Notes: a model not told the origin generated them from the sequence alone. A DNA stretch of 63,957 bases, filler included, from Octopus bimaculoides (GCF_001194135.2; 10 parts of 7 records of this genome joined end to end with filler, not necessarily neighbours in it), one strand, 5' to 3'. Numbered from the whole stretch's first letter, positions 24,831-38,260 are shown. Numbers and translations: made by a program.

Positions 24831-27800
24831 CACGCATTCTGGGACGTTGAACATTCTATAGAAATACGTTGTAAATAAGTGTTGTTATATTTGATAACCT
24901 CAACTATCGTATAAGTCTGTTTTTCTATTACACAGGAAAATTAACCAAACAGAAATTAGTGATAGAGAAACGAATTTTAGCAGCCTAAAATCTTAATTAA
25001 AAGATGTTTATTCGTTTACTTTCATTTTCCAGAGACTTCATAAAAGTCGATTTTAACTCAGCTTCCAAGTGCGGAAAAAGGATCATTGACTACAGGCTTT
25101 ATTTATTCGGAGAAATGATGAATCCATTAAGAATATTATGTGAATTAGCCAGTTATACAAGAAAGGAGATTGTTTATTTGTAGGAATATGCCTTACGTTG
25201 ATGTATTTGAGCTTAAGTTGTAAAGTTGCAATACGTTATAACTAATTTCATTACCTAGAATACAAATAGACTGAGTCTAAAATCAACATTTATCGTTATT
25301 CAATGTCATATTAGATCTATGGGTAAATATTAAGAATTTTGATAAATGTTTGTTAATTTCCTGTTTTATATAATATTAGTTCTAAGCACATATGTTGACG
25401 TTATGCAGATAGACGTACGTACCTATCATTTCCTTTCCAAAAGTATAATTTCTTGCAGATCCTTTGAAACACGTCACGTTTTGTACGCCTCGAAACTAAG
25501 ACGTTTAAACGGAAACAGTTGACCGTTTGTCTCAAAGCAAAAAAGGGATAACTATTTCAACATAATAATGCTATACGACACAGTGGTGTGCGCTGCGTAA
25601 TCAACGTAATTATCTCGTAAGAAGAGATATTAACAAAGGCAATCATCTAATTATTTGAATTTATGAATGTTTATTGTTCCTTGCACTGGGTTTGTTTATA
25701 GAGCTAATACTTTTCAGAGTTAAAAAATGTGCTGTGTTATAATGGGCATTGACAGTGGGCTGTAAACGAAAATAGAATGCCTAAACATGCTTTAATTCAC
25801 TTGTCTAGTTATAGATGAATCATTAATTGGCAGTTTAGCCAATATATTTTGATGGTGAATATGATGGAAAGCTTTGATATTATCAGGAACAACTATATCT
25901 CTTACCTTGATATTTATGAAGACAATATGAAATGCATTTGCGACGTGCAACGCAAAATACCGTTATTTGCCTTTGTGAAACTTCTACTGTTCATCGTTGA
26001 TTTGCAGAAAGATGTGAAATGGGATAGCTGATAATATATGATAATAAATACTGCATACGTTTCGATTAACGCCAAACACAATAAATAAGAATGAAGTTAT
26101 GTTAGGAGAGAAGGGTCCAATTAGTAACATCACACTTCACTTTCAAGGCGAAAAGAATGATATGTCAAAATGATGTATGTAATAAAAAAATATATCGTAT
26201 CAAAAATATTTACTCATATCATTACTTCAATCTTCTTAAAGTTTTTTCTTTGAAAATTTTTCCAGCTATATTCAGGTGGAAACAAATGCTACCAGAAGTT
26301 AATTATATATAAACAAAAACAGATCAAAACGTTTCGTGAAGAGACTAATAGAATGAATCATCTTTATCTCTCTATGACAAATTTTTATGTTATATTCCTT
26401 AAAATTGTATTTAGATGTGTCTATAAATGTCAGTGTTTTGAAATACTATAAATACAAAAATAGTGGGAAAGTAATTATCGAATAAAAATTTTGACAGATG
26501 CTTATTCTTTGATATTTTTCTGTCAACTAGGAAAGAATTATTGAGAGATTGGCCAATTTCAAAACTAAATTATTTGTTGATAATTTAAATATAAAACATT
26601 AATCAAAATCAAATTATTGTATCTTTCTCGTAAATAAAAAACAGAAAATGTAGCTAGGGTTGATCTCTTCAGAAATTTACATAGCTCTTTAATAAAGCAA
26701 GACCCGTCTTTAAAATGTTCCTTAATGTCATTTATATTAAGTAAGCTCCACTATCTTGGAAAATGAGATTTATTAATATTATCTTTTTTTTTTTTTACTT
26801 AAGAAAGTTTATAGAGATTCAGATGTTAACATATTTTATATATATTTGTAGTTATCTTATGAAACAAATTCCGTAAAACCGTACATAATTTGAAAATATT
26901 TGCGATAATAAGCGAAAGCGCAAGAATTTCTCAAGTAATATATCAGTAGTCTCATAAATATTTGAAAGGTATTTAAATATTACGAAATTTATTGCCTGAT
27001 TAAATTCGAAACATTATAAAATAAATTTAACTACGTGTTACTTGGAAACGCGCTGGCAGTTGTAAGAAAACACTTACAGTAAAGGCAAATGAAGGAAAAT
27101 CCGGTATGAAGTGGTGAAATCTCGCCTCAGAAAATGAATGAGATAATGCTTTTCTCTATACTGTCACACATATTGTTTAAATAAATGTGAGCTAAAAGAA
27201 ATGGAATTGAGAGGTAATAATGTTTATAATAATTGCTTTCATGAACAGACTGTGGCAGGCAATTTATGGTGCTTATAGTCCCATTTGGAGTGACTACTTT
27301 AGTCCAGTTTAGAGTTTAAATATCTGAAGATAGTTTGCCATACGTTTATAACATAGTCGCAGATACTCCGTTGCCTATAGCGAAAAATTACTAATAATTT
27401 AGCTGTGTATAAATGAATTGTCTTCCGTTAGTGCCCATTTTAATGTCTCTTTGAAGAAGTTAGGAAAAACGATATATTTCAATTTGCTTTGCTTTTGTTT
27501 TTTTTTCTTCTACAGATGTGCAACTATTTGAGGAAGAAATAAGGAATATGTCTAGCGCGTTGTTTGCAAAACTTAAGACATTTTAGACTATTATCCTCAG
27601 TGAGGAATACGTAGAAAACAAGATGTAGTACAGATTAACTAAGCGTCATATTGTAAAGTAGCTCTTATATGACAGCAGATTTAATTCACAACTGCGACTA
27701 TATTATTTATTCCATTAATGTCTGTGACGTACGAATGAGCGTGATAACTTTCATTTTTCTAATCCAAAACAAAAGGTTTTATCATTTATTAATGCAAGCA

Positions 27801-28100
27801 CCTATTGTCAAAAATGTTGTTGAGATTCGAATTACTTATATGTGACGGATGTATTCATACAGATGCAAGTTTACAATATATTTTTCAAACTTATATCCTC
27901 TTTATAGCTTAATTAGTGGATGTAGAAGAAAAACAGGGGCCATGGCTTCGCAGGCTATAGCTGTCCTTTCATAGATTAGAGGGATTAGTATCAATAACGC
28001 TACGCTTCAATTTTAGTATGTGAATTTCTGCAACAAATGAGAAAGAAAAATTTGAGTCGACACTCTTGCGAGAAAAGACTGGCCAAAGTGATTAATGTGG

Positions 28101-28152
28101 GAAAGGCTGAAGGGCTGAACTTAACTCGTTAAGTTCAGCCCTTCAGCCTTTC
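28101..28152. repeat. Perfect 25-bp inverted repeat with a 2-nt spacer
   Basis: GAAAGGCTGAAGGGCTGAACTTAAC-TC-GTTAAGTTCAGCCCTTCAGCCTTTC; 25 of 25 positions are complementary. Confidence 0.97.
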
Positions 28153-29755
28153 ATGGGCAGAAAAGAGACAAGTGGGTTTTCTCTAAATAATGGCTAAATA
28201 AATGTGTCATGAATATATTTACCTCTGAAGAAAAAGAATCATACCATTATTGTAACAGTAGAAAAGATCAACGAGTAAATGCGTAGTTTGGATTTGCGGT
28301 TAAAGCATTTAAATTTAGCAACTGTGTATCCATAGTCATCTCTGACCGAGGAGACATGTCGAGGCTTAAGTATGTTCTACTGTTAAATTAAATCAAGATG
28401 AAAAGTAAAGCAGGTTTTCTAATAAAATTCTTTCAACACATTTAACGTTTTGTTAATACCATTAACCAAATATTGTCATGCACAAGATGTCTAAGCGTTT
28501 CACAATCTTTTCTTTAATACGAATAGTTAAAATATAGTATTTTAGAAGCATTTTCGTTTTCTTTTATTAATTTAAAATAAGAGACTAACAAAAATACCAT
28601 TGTTCATGAAAGATTAAGGGTGAGTCTTATTTGGTACTGTAATAAATATGACTTGCTTTTAATGTAGAGAAAAAGAAAATACCGAAATACTATTGACAAA
28701 TTCAATACTTGTTGGATGTAGCTAAGAGACTATGTTCAAAATGTTCGATATTTCTTTTACTCGCCATAGAATGTATTATATTTTATATTATAGCAACTCA
28801 GTGGGATACAAACATCCATTAGTTTCTCAAATTCTTTTGAATATATGTGTTTATACATAAACTGTATAGAAGAGTGAACGAAATAGTGACATGTTTTTCG
28901 AATATTAGCAAGATTAGCGAAGTAAATTAGCTTCATTTGAATACTGAGAACCAATTTGCTTATATGGCCCTCCAGGAAATTACTTCAATGATTAGGGCAT
29001 TTGCTACTACATTTCTTACTAATATACATCAATTCCATACAGTAAAGAATTAATACATAGTTCGTCTTTATTAACGATTCCCTCCAAAATAAATTGATCT
29101 TCAATATAGGTATAAGTGAAATATGTTAACATTATATTTTATGGTGAAAGGTTTATAGAGTGATAAGCGTGTTCAAAGAATGATGTCTGGTCGATACTCA
29201 TGAAAGAGAAATCCGCTCCTTGCCTATTTATACTTTTTATAGTATTTTTTGTGTGTGTGTGTGCTGCTGATGAACAGTTATGAATTGAAAGCAAATGTAA
29301 TCGAACATTTGAAGTTATTTGACTATGAATGCTGTAATTATATTATTAATTCTAAGTATCACCAATACAAGACCACTGTCAGAGTGATTCAAACATTTGA
29401 ACTTTTGAAAATATTATGTCTGAATGTTTCGTAATAAAAAAAATATAGTAGTAGAACAAATTTAGGCACATGTAAATAAATCTATTTAAATGCATTTTTG
29501 TGCGTGTGTGTGTGTGTGTGTGTGTGCGTGCGTGTAGTTACATGTGTGTGGGTGTTTGTGTCTGTATAGGTAAAGATAGCAGTGTGTACATAAGCGTATG
29601 TGTGTCTACATGTAAGTATATACACCAATAATATGAAGATATATATATATATATANNNNNNNNNNNNNNNNNNNNNNNNNNNNNNNNNNNNNNNNNNNNT
29701 TAATTAATTAANNNNNNNNNNNNNNNNNNNNNNNNNNNNNNNNNNNNNNNNNNNN

Positions 29756-29811
<56 letters not shown>

Positions 29812-30435
29812 CCTTATTTATATATACATTATATATCTATCTATACATCACAATATATATATATAATATATATAATATAAATAATATATATATATGTATA
29901 TATACAAAAATAAGAGGAATGACCAGCAAAAGTGGACTCCTATATGCTAGAAATAGATGCTAGACCACTGGTTTTAATTGATTAATATCTATTTCTACTC
30001 TTATTAATAAATTTTATATGTATATATATATTATTTATATTATTATACGATTGAACCCCACGTATATTGAACCCAAGTATATATATATATGTATATATAT
30101 ATATAGAGCGTGTATGTATGTATCTATGTATACATACTTACATACATATATACATACATACACACATCAATATTTGCTTTCCGTGCGATAATATAATACA
30201 GTTTCACATAAAACTAAAGATGTTTTCTATGCCTGTTAGTGGAGAACATTTATTTCTTCAAGAAAATGTTTGACTGTAACTTCGATTAATCCCCACCCGT
30301 AATCCCAAACTTGGAAAGCGCCAGCAAATTTTTCCTTAAAAAATAACAATCTCTCTCCATCTCTCTCTCTCTGTCTCTCTCTGTATCTCTGTTCTCCTGT
30401 TTCTTTCTCACTCTACACACACACATATATATATA

Positions 30436-30600
30436 GGCGCAGGAGTGGTTGTGTAGTATGTAGCTTGCTTACCAACCACATGGTTCCCTGTTCAGTCCCA
30501 CTTCGTGGTACCCTGGGCAAGTGTCTTCTACTATAGCCTCGGACCGACCAAAGCCTTGTGAGTGGATTTGATAGACGGAAACTGAAAGAAGCCCGTCGTA
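30436..30600 (+). mobile_element. SINE family A 5' half running into an expanded (TA)-rich array and a gap
   Basis: Near identical to the 35531-35690 head and centre. Confidence 0.9.
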
Positions 30601-30753
30601 TATATATATATATATTTATATTTATATGTATGTATATGTATATATATATATATATATATAATGTATATGTATATATATGTATATACGTATATATATATAC
30701 ATATGTATATATATGCATATATATGTATACATATGTATATATATATATGTATT

Positions 30754-30787
<34 letters not shown>

Positions 30788-30964
30788 TGTGTATATATAT
30801 ATATATTATATTTATATTTATATGTATGTATATGTATATATATATATATGTATATGTATATATATGTATATACGTATATATATACATATGTATATATATG
30901 CATATATATGTATACATATGTATATATATATATATGTATGTATATATGTATATATATATGTCTT

Positions 30965-31011
<47 letters not shown>
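30600..31011. repeat. Compound (TA/TG) array with a higher-order duplication of about 190 bp
   Basis: The TTTATATTTATATGTATG...TACGTA...TGCATA block recurs at about 30614 and 30809. Confidence 0.75.
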
Positions 31012-31804
31012 NNNNNNNNNNNNNNNNNNNNNNNNNNNNNNNNNNNNNNNNNNNNNNNNNNNNNNNNNNNNNNNNNNNNNNNNNNNNNNNNNNNNNNNNN
31101 NNNNNNNNNNNNNNNNNNNNNNNNNNNNNNNNNNNNNNNNNNNNNNNNNNNNNNNNNNNNNNNNNNNNNNNNNNNNNNNNNNNNNNNNNNNNNNNNNNNN
31201 NNNNNNNNNNNNNNNNNNNNNNNNNNNNNNNNNNNNNNNNNNNNNNNNNNNNNNNNNNNNNNNNNNNNNNNNNNNNNNNNNNNNNNNNNNNNNNNNNNNN
31301 NNNNNNNNNNNNNNNNNNNNNNNNNNNNNNNNNNNNNNNNNNNNNNNNNNNNNNNNNNNNNNNNNNNNNNNNNNNNNNNNNNNNNNNNNNNNNNNNNNNN
31401 NNNNNNNNNNNNNNNNNNNNNNNNNNNNNNNNNNNNNNNNNNNNNNNNNNNNNNNNNNNNNNNNNNNNNNNNNNNNNNNNNNNNNNNNNNNNNNNNNNNN
31501 NNNNNNNNNNNNNNNNNNNNNNNNNNNNNNNNNNNNNNNNNNNNNNNNNNNNNNNNNNNNNNNNNNNNNNNNNNNNNNNNNNNNNNNNNNNNNNNNNNNN
31601 NNNNNNNNNNNNNNNNNNNNNNNNNNNNNNNNNNNNNNNNNNNNNNNNNNNNNNNNNNNNNNNNNNNNNNNNNNNNNNNNNNNNNNNNNNNNNNNNNNNN
31701 NNNNNNNNNNNNNNNNNNNNNNNNNNNNNNNNNNNNNNNNNNNNNNNNNNNNNNNNNNNNNNNNNNNNNNNNNNNNNNNNNNNNNNNNNNNNNNNNNNNN
31801 NNNN

Positions 31805-32277
31805 TCGCCTGGTGTGCTAACGATTCTGCCAGCTCGCCGTCTTGCGCTTATAAATAATCATTTCTTTTATAGGCACAAGGCCTGGAATTTGTGGGGAATT
31901 TGACTGGTACTTGATTTATCGACTCCGAAATGATGAGAGGCAAAGTTGACTTCGGCGGAATTTGAACTCAGAACGTAGCGACCGTTTAAATACCGCTAAG
32001 CATTTCGTCCAGCGCGCTAACAGTTCTTATTTCTTTATTGCCCACAAGGGGCTAAACATAGAGGGGACAAACAAGGACAGATAAAGGGATTAAGTCGATT
32101 ACATCGATCCCAGTGCGTAACTGGTACTTAATTTATCGACTCCGAAAGGATGAAAGCAAAGTCGACCTCGGCGGGATTTGAACTCAGAACGTACCAGCAG
32201 ACGAAATACCGCTAAGCATTTGCCCGGCGTGCTAACGATTCTGCCAGCTCGCTGCCTTAGTGCTTATAAATAATGTT
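31805..32277 (-). mobile_element. SINE family C cluster: tail-X/tail-Y composite (junction 32023/32024) plus the head of a further copy at 31805-31855
   Basis: The reverse complement reads full monomer...GCAATAAAGAAATAAGAA|CTGTTAGCGCG...tail Y, followed by a new head. Confidence 0.9.
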
Positions 32278-32329
32278 TATGAAACAACTGTTTCATACCG
32301 TTTTTCCTGAAAACTGATACTTTTATTTT

Positions 32330-32460
32330 TGTTGTGTCTGGGGAGAGTCGTACTGCCTAAATGCTTTAATATCTAACACACTCCCCGGTTCAATTTCCGC
32401 TCATTTATTATTTATACTTTTTTCTTTTCCAAGATTTTCGTTGCTTCTGCAACCTTGTCA
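32330..32460 (+). repeat. Unclassified dispersed repeat, second copy (see 4050-4180)
   Basis: Direct similarity within the window. Confidence 0.7.
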
Positions 32461-32897
32461 GTGGATATTGACTCTTACCTCGAAATAAATAATTACATTT
32501 AATTTTATAACATATTAAATATTCGTGAAACGCATCACAAGAACGACGGAAACTTCCTTTTGTTAGTTTTTCTCCAACTGCTTTAATGTGTCTGGCCGCT
32601 CCGATTGAATGGGCACTGCTGTACTTAAGGACCGGAACCCCTTCTTAAATCGCTTTGTTGTAATTTACCCTTTTGCATAAAATCGCCCCAGGTTACCGAT
32701 CCCCGACGTGCTGTTCCCTATTGCTGCGGTCAATGTACCATTAGTTCTCTGACCCTTTTCCCCCCATCAAATTTAAAATCCTTCCAGAGAGAGAGAGAGT
32801 CACATCTGATATTATCTAACTCATATATAGAAAAATATGGAAGCTACGAAGAAAATGCAAATGCTACCAAAGAAGCTGTTATGAAATAATGGTGATA

Positions 32898-33297
32898 CTC
32901 GTGCAGTGTCCAAAGATTTCCAACCTGTGGGCTTATGCCGAACGGCTGCTGTCACGTGTGGGACGAGTCCGCCTGTCAGCCGAGTCTATTGTGCAAATTG
33001 CTCCGCCAACGTCCCTCAACAGGGAAGGCAAGGCAGTGTTCATCATACTGGTGGCCATGGTGAAAGAATGTGTGTGGTAGACCCGAGCGAAAGGATTAGA
33101 GACAAAAACCTACCTCTCTGTCCAATCGCTCATCAACTTTTTCAAGTATCACTTGAAAAGGAAGGTGAGAATAGAGAGGCAGGTCTTGTCTCGTGAAAGT
33201 TTCATTAAAAGGTGGGTGAATGTAGCAAAGATGGTGCGTGCGAGTGACGATACCTCTTTGAGCATGATCCTATAAATCGAGAAAAATAAAAAAAGAG

Positions 33298-33340
<43 letters not shown>

Positions 33341-33597
33341 ACCTTGCTCTTATATGTCTATTCCCTGGTGAGGTTACCATGGTCTTTTCCGTAGGCTTTT
33401 CTCTCCATGGGTAAACCTAATGTTACCCCATTTTACACTATTGACATTTTCTGTGATATACGATACCTTTTTTTTCTCTTTTTTTTTTTTTTGCTCCTAC
33501 CGATTCCTTTTTGATCGATTTTTTTTTTAAAGGAAAGCTCTGCAGTTGTATTTGTCCCCTTTGTGTGCAGCCCTGTGTGGTTAATAAAAGAAAGTTA
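32898..33597 (+). mobile_element. 3' end of an L1/Tx1-like LINE (ORF2 C-terminus plus 3' UTR)
   Basis: One frame reads LVQCPKISNLWAYAERLL...ECVW*TRAKG...FFKYHLKRKVRIERQVL...FIKRWVN...SMIL* (stop at 33273-33275) with a single internal stop. The UTR ends AATAAAAGAAAG and is followed by (TATC)n. Confidence 0.7.
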
Positions 33598-34197
33598 ACT
33601 ATCTATCTATTTATCCATCAATCTATTTATATATACATCTCTCTCTCCACCTCTCTCTCTCTCTTCTTATCTATCTATCTATCCCTATCTCTCTTTCCAT
33701 ACACAAACGGCTTCTAAGAGTATGAACGTTAAGTTGAGCAACTCAACGCTTTATTCCATCTTGCAAATCTCAAATAATATATCTTAAATTATCGTTCTAG
33801 CTAATTTCTTGTTTGTTTGTTTATTTTCATGTGGGGGCGGAGCAAATTGCCACATGTTTTAAATTCAACGTTGCAGGTCAGCGTGTCTGCAATAAAATAT
33901 GGGCTGGGCCTTTGCACGGATGAAGACCGAAACCAACATATTAAACCTGTTGTAATTGTATATCCAACGCGCAATATCAATGGGTAGCTCCTTTGTGACC
34001 AAAGTGGGAGCCACTACCCGGTCGCTCGACCTGCTATAAATAGCAACTAAATCTTACTGAGATCACTCCTTCATAATGTATAACTATATAGAGTATACTA
34101 TTGCTGCTACTATGTACAGCATATATTACACATACAATACAAAAACACACTCATATATATATTTATAGATACGTACATATGTGCGTGCGTGTTTGTT

Positions 34198-34251
<54 letters not shown>

Positions 34252-34367
34252 CGCGTATGTGTGTACATGTGTGCATGCGTACGTGTGTTTCTCTGTGTAT
34301 ATGTGTGTACATGTATGTGTGTGTGTTATATCTATACGTATGTATATGTGCATAAATAGACAGCTCT

Positions 34368-34690
34368 GAAGGCGCTTGGCTCAGTGGTTAGGGCATTCGG
34401 CTCACGATCGTAAGGTTGTGAGTTCAATTCTCGGCGACGCGTTGTGTCCTTGAGCAAGACACTTTATTTCACGTTGCTCCAGTCCACTAAGCTGGCAAAA
34501 ATGTGTAGTACCTGTATTTCAAAGGGCCGGCCTTGTCACACCCTGTGTCACGCTGAATCTCCCTGAGGGCTACGTTAAGGGTACTCGTGTCTGTGGAGTG
34601 CTCAGTCACTTGCACGTTAATTTCACGAGCAAACTGTTCCGTTGATCGTATCAGCTGGGACCCTCGTCGTCGTAACCGACGGAGTGCTCC
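34368..34690 (+). mobile_element. SINE family B, full-length copy
   Basis: A box TGGCTCAGTGG, B box GAGTTCAATTC and central GTTGTGTCCTTGAGCAAGACACTT. Other copies are at 4645 and 47072. Confidence 0.88.
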
Positions 34691-34711
34691 TTAATAGATA
34701 GACAGACAGAC

Positions 34712-34764
<53 letters not shown>

Positions 34765-34817
34765 CATACATACATACATACATACATAAATACATACATA
34801 CATACATACATACATAC

Positions 34818-34900
34818 CCTGTTGATGTTGAAATTCCAATGAAGGAACCTTGGAAATCGGCTTTTATTGGCAAGAAATCTTGAAATAAAACTAAACAATG
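34818..34900 (+). mobile_element. Short 3'-terminal fragment of the (CATA)n-associated REL LINE
   Basis: GATGTTGA..TTCCAATGAAGGA.CCTTG...ATTG.CAAGAAAT...AAACT...GACATACATGC matches 61153-61260. (CATA)n lies on both sides. Confidence 0.75.
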
Positions 34901-35530
34901 ACATACATGCATGCATGCGTACATTTTACGTACATACATACGTACATATATGTATGCAACAAAGTGTGCGATTTCAAAGAAGTCTCGCAGTTACTTCTAG
35001 CAATTGGAGTGACCAGGCAGGGACTCCGTTAATACATATTATGTTGCAGGCTCGCCTCGAATAAAGCTGGATATATAGACGTTGCCTCAATAACGGTTAT
35101 TAGCGTTAATAACTTGCAATAGACTCTACATACATCAGAATACCAAACTGAAGAAGTGTTATCAGGAAAGATAAGAATATACCATTAGGAGAGATTAAAT
35201 CTTAATCTAAGGAAGATTGCTCTCTGATCTGTTAATTCCATACTAACCGTTACGTTCTGTGAAAAGTTATGATGCGTGAAATAAATGTTCACAAGACGGA
35301 GGCGTACGAGTTGCAAAAATGGCAGAAAGCCGAACTAAATATCGTGTGATATTTAGTAATTTGTGTACAAGTTTTGAGTTTAAATCTCGCTGGGTTGGAC
35401 CTTACTGTTATTAGTGAAGTTAGTGTTACTATATTTAATTTCAGTAACAGAAATTAAAATGCTGTTTAGAGAATAATAATGAGATGAGAAAACGACGATA
35501 TTAGCCCAATGATTAATATTATTTATACTA

Positions 35531-35690
35531 GGGAGTGGCTGTGTGGTAAGTGGTTTGCTTACCAACCATATGGTTCCTGGTTCATTCCCACTGCGTGGCA
35601 CCTTGGGCAAGTGTCTTCTACTATAGCATCGGGCCGACCAAAGTCTTGTGAGTGGATTTGGTAGACGGAAACTGAAAGAAGCCTGTCGTA

Positions 35691-35755
<65 letters not shown>

Positions 35756-35960
35756 ATGTGTGTGTGTGTGTGTGTCCAACATCGCTTGACAACCGATGGT
35801 GCTGTGTTTACGTCCTCGTAACTTAGCAGTTCGGCAAAAGAGACCAATAGAATAAGTACTAGGCATCCAAAGAATAAGTCCTGGGGTCGATTTTCTGAAA
35901 GGCGGTGCTCCAGCATGGCCGCAGTCAAATGACTGAAACAAGTAAAAGAGTAAAAGATTA
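35531..35960 (+). mobile_element. SINE family A, full-length copy with internal (TA)n(TG)n
   Basis: tRNA-like head, CCTTGGGCAAGTGTCTTC central motif, and a tail ending GAAACAAGTAAAAGAGTAAAAGA. Confidence 0.9.
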
Positions 35961-35974
35961 AAAGAGTAATCAAG

Positions 35975-36620
35975 ACGCTAAGCTGGCTACCTCGTTAGCA
36001 CGCTGGACGGAATGCTTAGCGGTATTTTGCCTGACGTTACATTCTAAGTTCGAATTCCGCCGAGGTCGACTTTGCCTTTTATTCTTTCGGGGCTCAATAA
36101 ATTAAGTGCCAGTGAAAATCTGGGGTCCATGTAATCGATTAATCCCCTCCCCAAAAGCTCCGGGCTTTGTGCCTATAATAGAAAGGATCATTTATACTAA
36201 TTAAGGTGGCGAGCTGGCAGAATCGTTAGCAAGCCGGTCCAAATGCTTAGTGGAATTTTGTCTGTTTTCAAGTCCTGAGTTCAAATTCCACCGAGGTCAA
36301 ATTTGTCTTTCATCCATTCCAGGATCGATAAAATAAGTACCAGTTGTGCACTGGGGTCGATGTAATCGACTTGCCAACACCCCCACCCTACCCCAAAGCT
36401 CAGGTCTAACGCCTGTTGTCAAAAAGATTACTTAAGGCAGCTTGCTGGCAGAATCGTTTGTGCGCTGGAAAAAAATGCTTAGCCATATTTCTTCCGGTTC
36501 TTTATGCTCTGAGTTCAAATTCGGTCGAGATCAACTCTGCCTTTCATTCCTTCGAGGTCGATAAAATAAGGTACCAGTCATAAACTGCGTTCGATGTAAT
36601 CCAACTACCAAATATATGGC
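35975..36620 (+). mobile_element. Three head-to-tail SINE family C copies
   Basis: Heads at about 35980, 36203 and 36433. The last two start at TAAGG immediately after the preceding tail. Confidence 0.88.
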
Positions 36621-37037
36621 TATTCTTTCATCTATCTTGAATGTATAATGAGAAGGCAAGGCAGACACCTCAAGTCATATACACTATTATTATTATTGGA
36701 AAAAAAACTTCAGCTGTTTCTGGGATATTCCCTACTTGTCTCCGATGACGGAATGTCCCATACTCTGGGATATCCTAGAAACAAGTGTAAGACATTGAAT
36801 TTCTTTTCCAATAATAATAATGTATATGACTTGGGATATTAGATAACAGAGCAATTATAGTTGGATTAATACTCTCTTTCTGTTGAAATATACCAATGCA
36901 TATTTTTTCTAACTTATAGATTCTTAGAGCCAGATATGTGTGTGTGTATGTGTGTGTTTGCATGTTTGTAGATCTGCATACACGTTTATGTATCAATCAA
37001 CCAATCAATCAGTCAGTTAATTTATTTACCTGTCTCT

Positions 37038-37100
<63 letters not shown>

Positions 37101-37101
37101 A

Positions 37102-37293
37102 TGGCACCGCGAGTGTCGCGTTGCTCTCAAGCAACTCTGCCGTCCGGGACCAATCTTGTGCAACTTTGATTCCACAAAAGCGTTCTATAGAAGATTAGTG
37201 GAGGGGAGGTGCGACGACGATCTCGGGCAGAATCTGGGCGTCGACGAGGAACACCTGACCCGCCTGTTCAGGACAACTTTCGGACCGGGACCT
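37102..37293 (+). mobile_element. GC-rich LINE ORF2 fragment (probably L1/Tx1-like) starting in (TATC)n and entering a gap
   Basis: Open 64-codon frame WHRECRVALKQLCRPGPILCNFDSTKAFYRRLVEGRCDDDLGQNLGVDEEHLTRLFRTTFGPGP. Family assignment is by recollection of the region preceding the zf-RVT domain. Confidence 0.5.
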
Positions 37294-38260
37294 NNNNNNN
37301 NNNNNNNNNNNNNNNNNNNNNNNNNNNNNNNNNNNNNNNNNNNNNNNNNNNNNNNNNNNNNNNNNNNNNNNNNNNNNNNNNNNNNNNNNNNNNNNNNNNN
37401 NNNNNNNNNNNNNNNNNNNNNNNNNNNNNNNNNNNNNNNNNNNNNNNNNNNNNNNNNNNNNNNNNNNNNNNNNNNNNNNNNNNNNNNNNNNNNNNNNNNN
37501 NNNNNNNNNNNNNNNNNNNNNNNNNNNNNNNNNNNNNNNNNNNNNNNNNNNNNNNNNNNNNNNNNNNNNNNNNNNNNNNNNNNNNNNNNNNNNNNNNNNN
37601 NNNNNNNNNNNNNNNNNNNNNNNNNNNNNNNNNNNNNNNNNNNNNNNNNNNNNNNNNNNNNNNNNNNNNNNNNNNNNNNNNNNNNNNNNNNNNNNNNNNN
37701 NNNNNNNNNNNNNNNNNNNNNNNNNNNNNNNNNNNNNNNNNNNNNNNNNNNNNNNNNNNNNNNNNNNNNNNNNNNNNNNNNNNNNNNNNNNNNNNNNNNN
37801 NNNNNNNNNNNNNNNNNNNNNNNNNNNNNNNNNNNNNNNNNNNNNNNNNNNNNNNNNNNNNNNNNNNNNNNNNNNNNNNNNNNNNNNNNNNNNNNNNNNN
37901 NNNNNNNNNNNNNNNNNNNNNNNNNNNNNNNNNNNNNNNNNNNNNNNNNNNNNNNNNNNNNNNNNNNNNNNNNNNNNNNNNNNNNNNNNNNNNNNNNNNN
38001 NNNNNNNNNNNNNNNNNNNNNNNNNNNNNNNNNNNNNNNNNNNNNNNNNNNNNNNNNNNNNNNNNNNNNNNNNNNNNNNNNNNNNNNNNNNNNNNNNNNN
38101 NNNNNNNNNNNNNNNNNNNNNNNNNNNNNNNNNNNNNNNNNNNNNNNNNNNNNNNNNNNNNNNNNNNNNNNNNNNNNNNNNNNNNNNNNNNNNNNNNNNN
38201 NNNNNNNNNNNNNNNNNNNNNNNNNNNNNNNNNNNNNNNNNNNNNNNTATATATATATAT

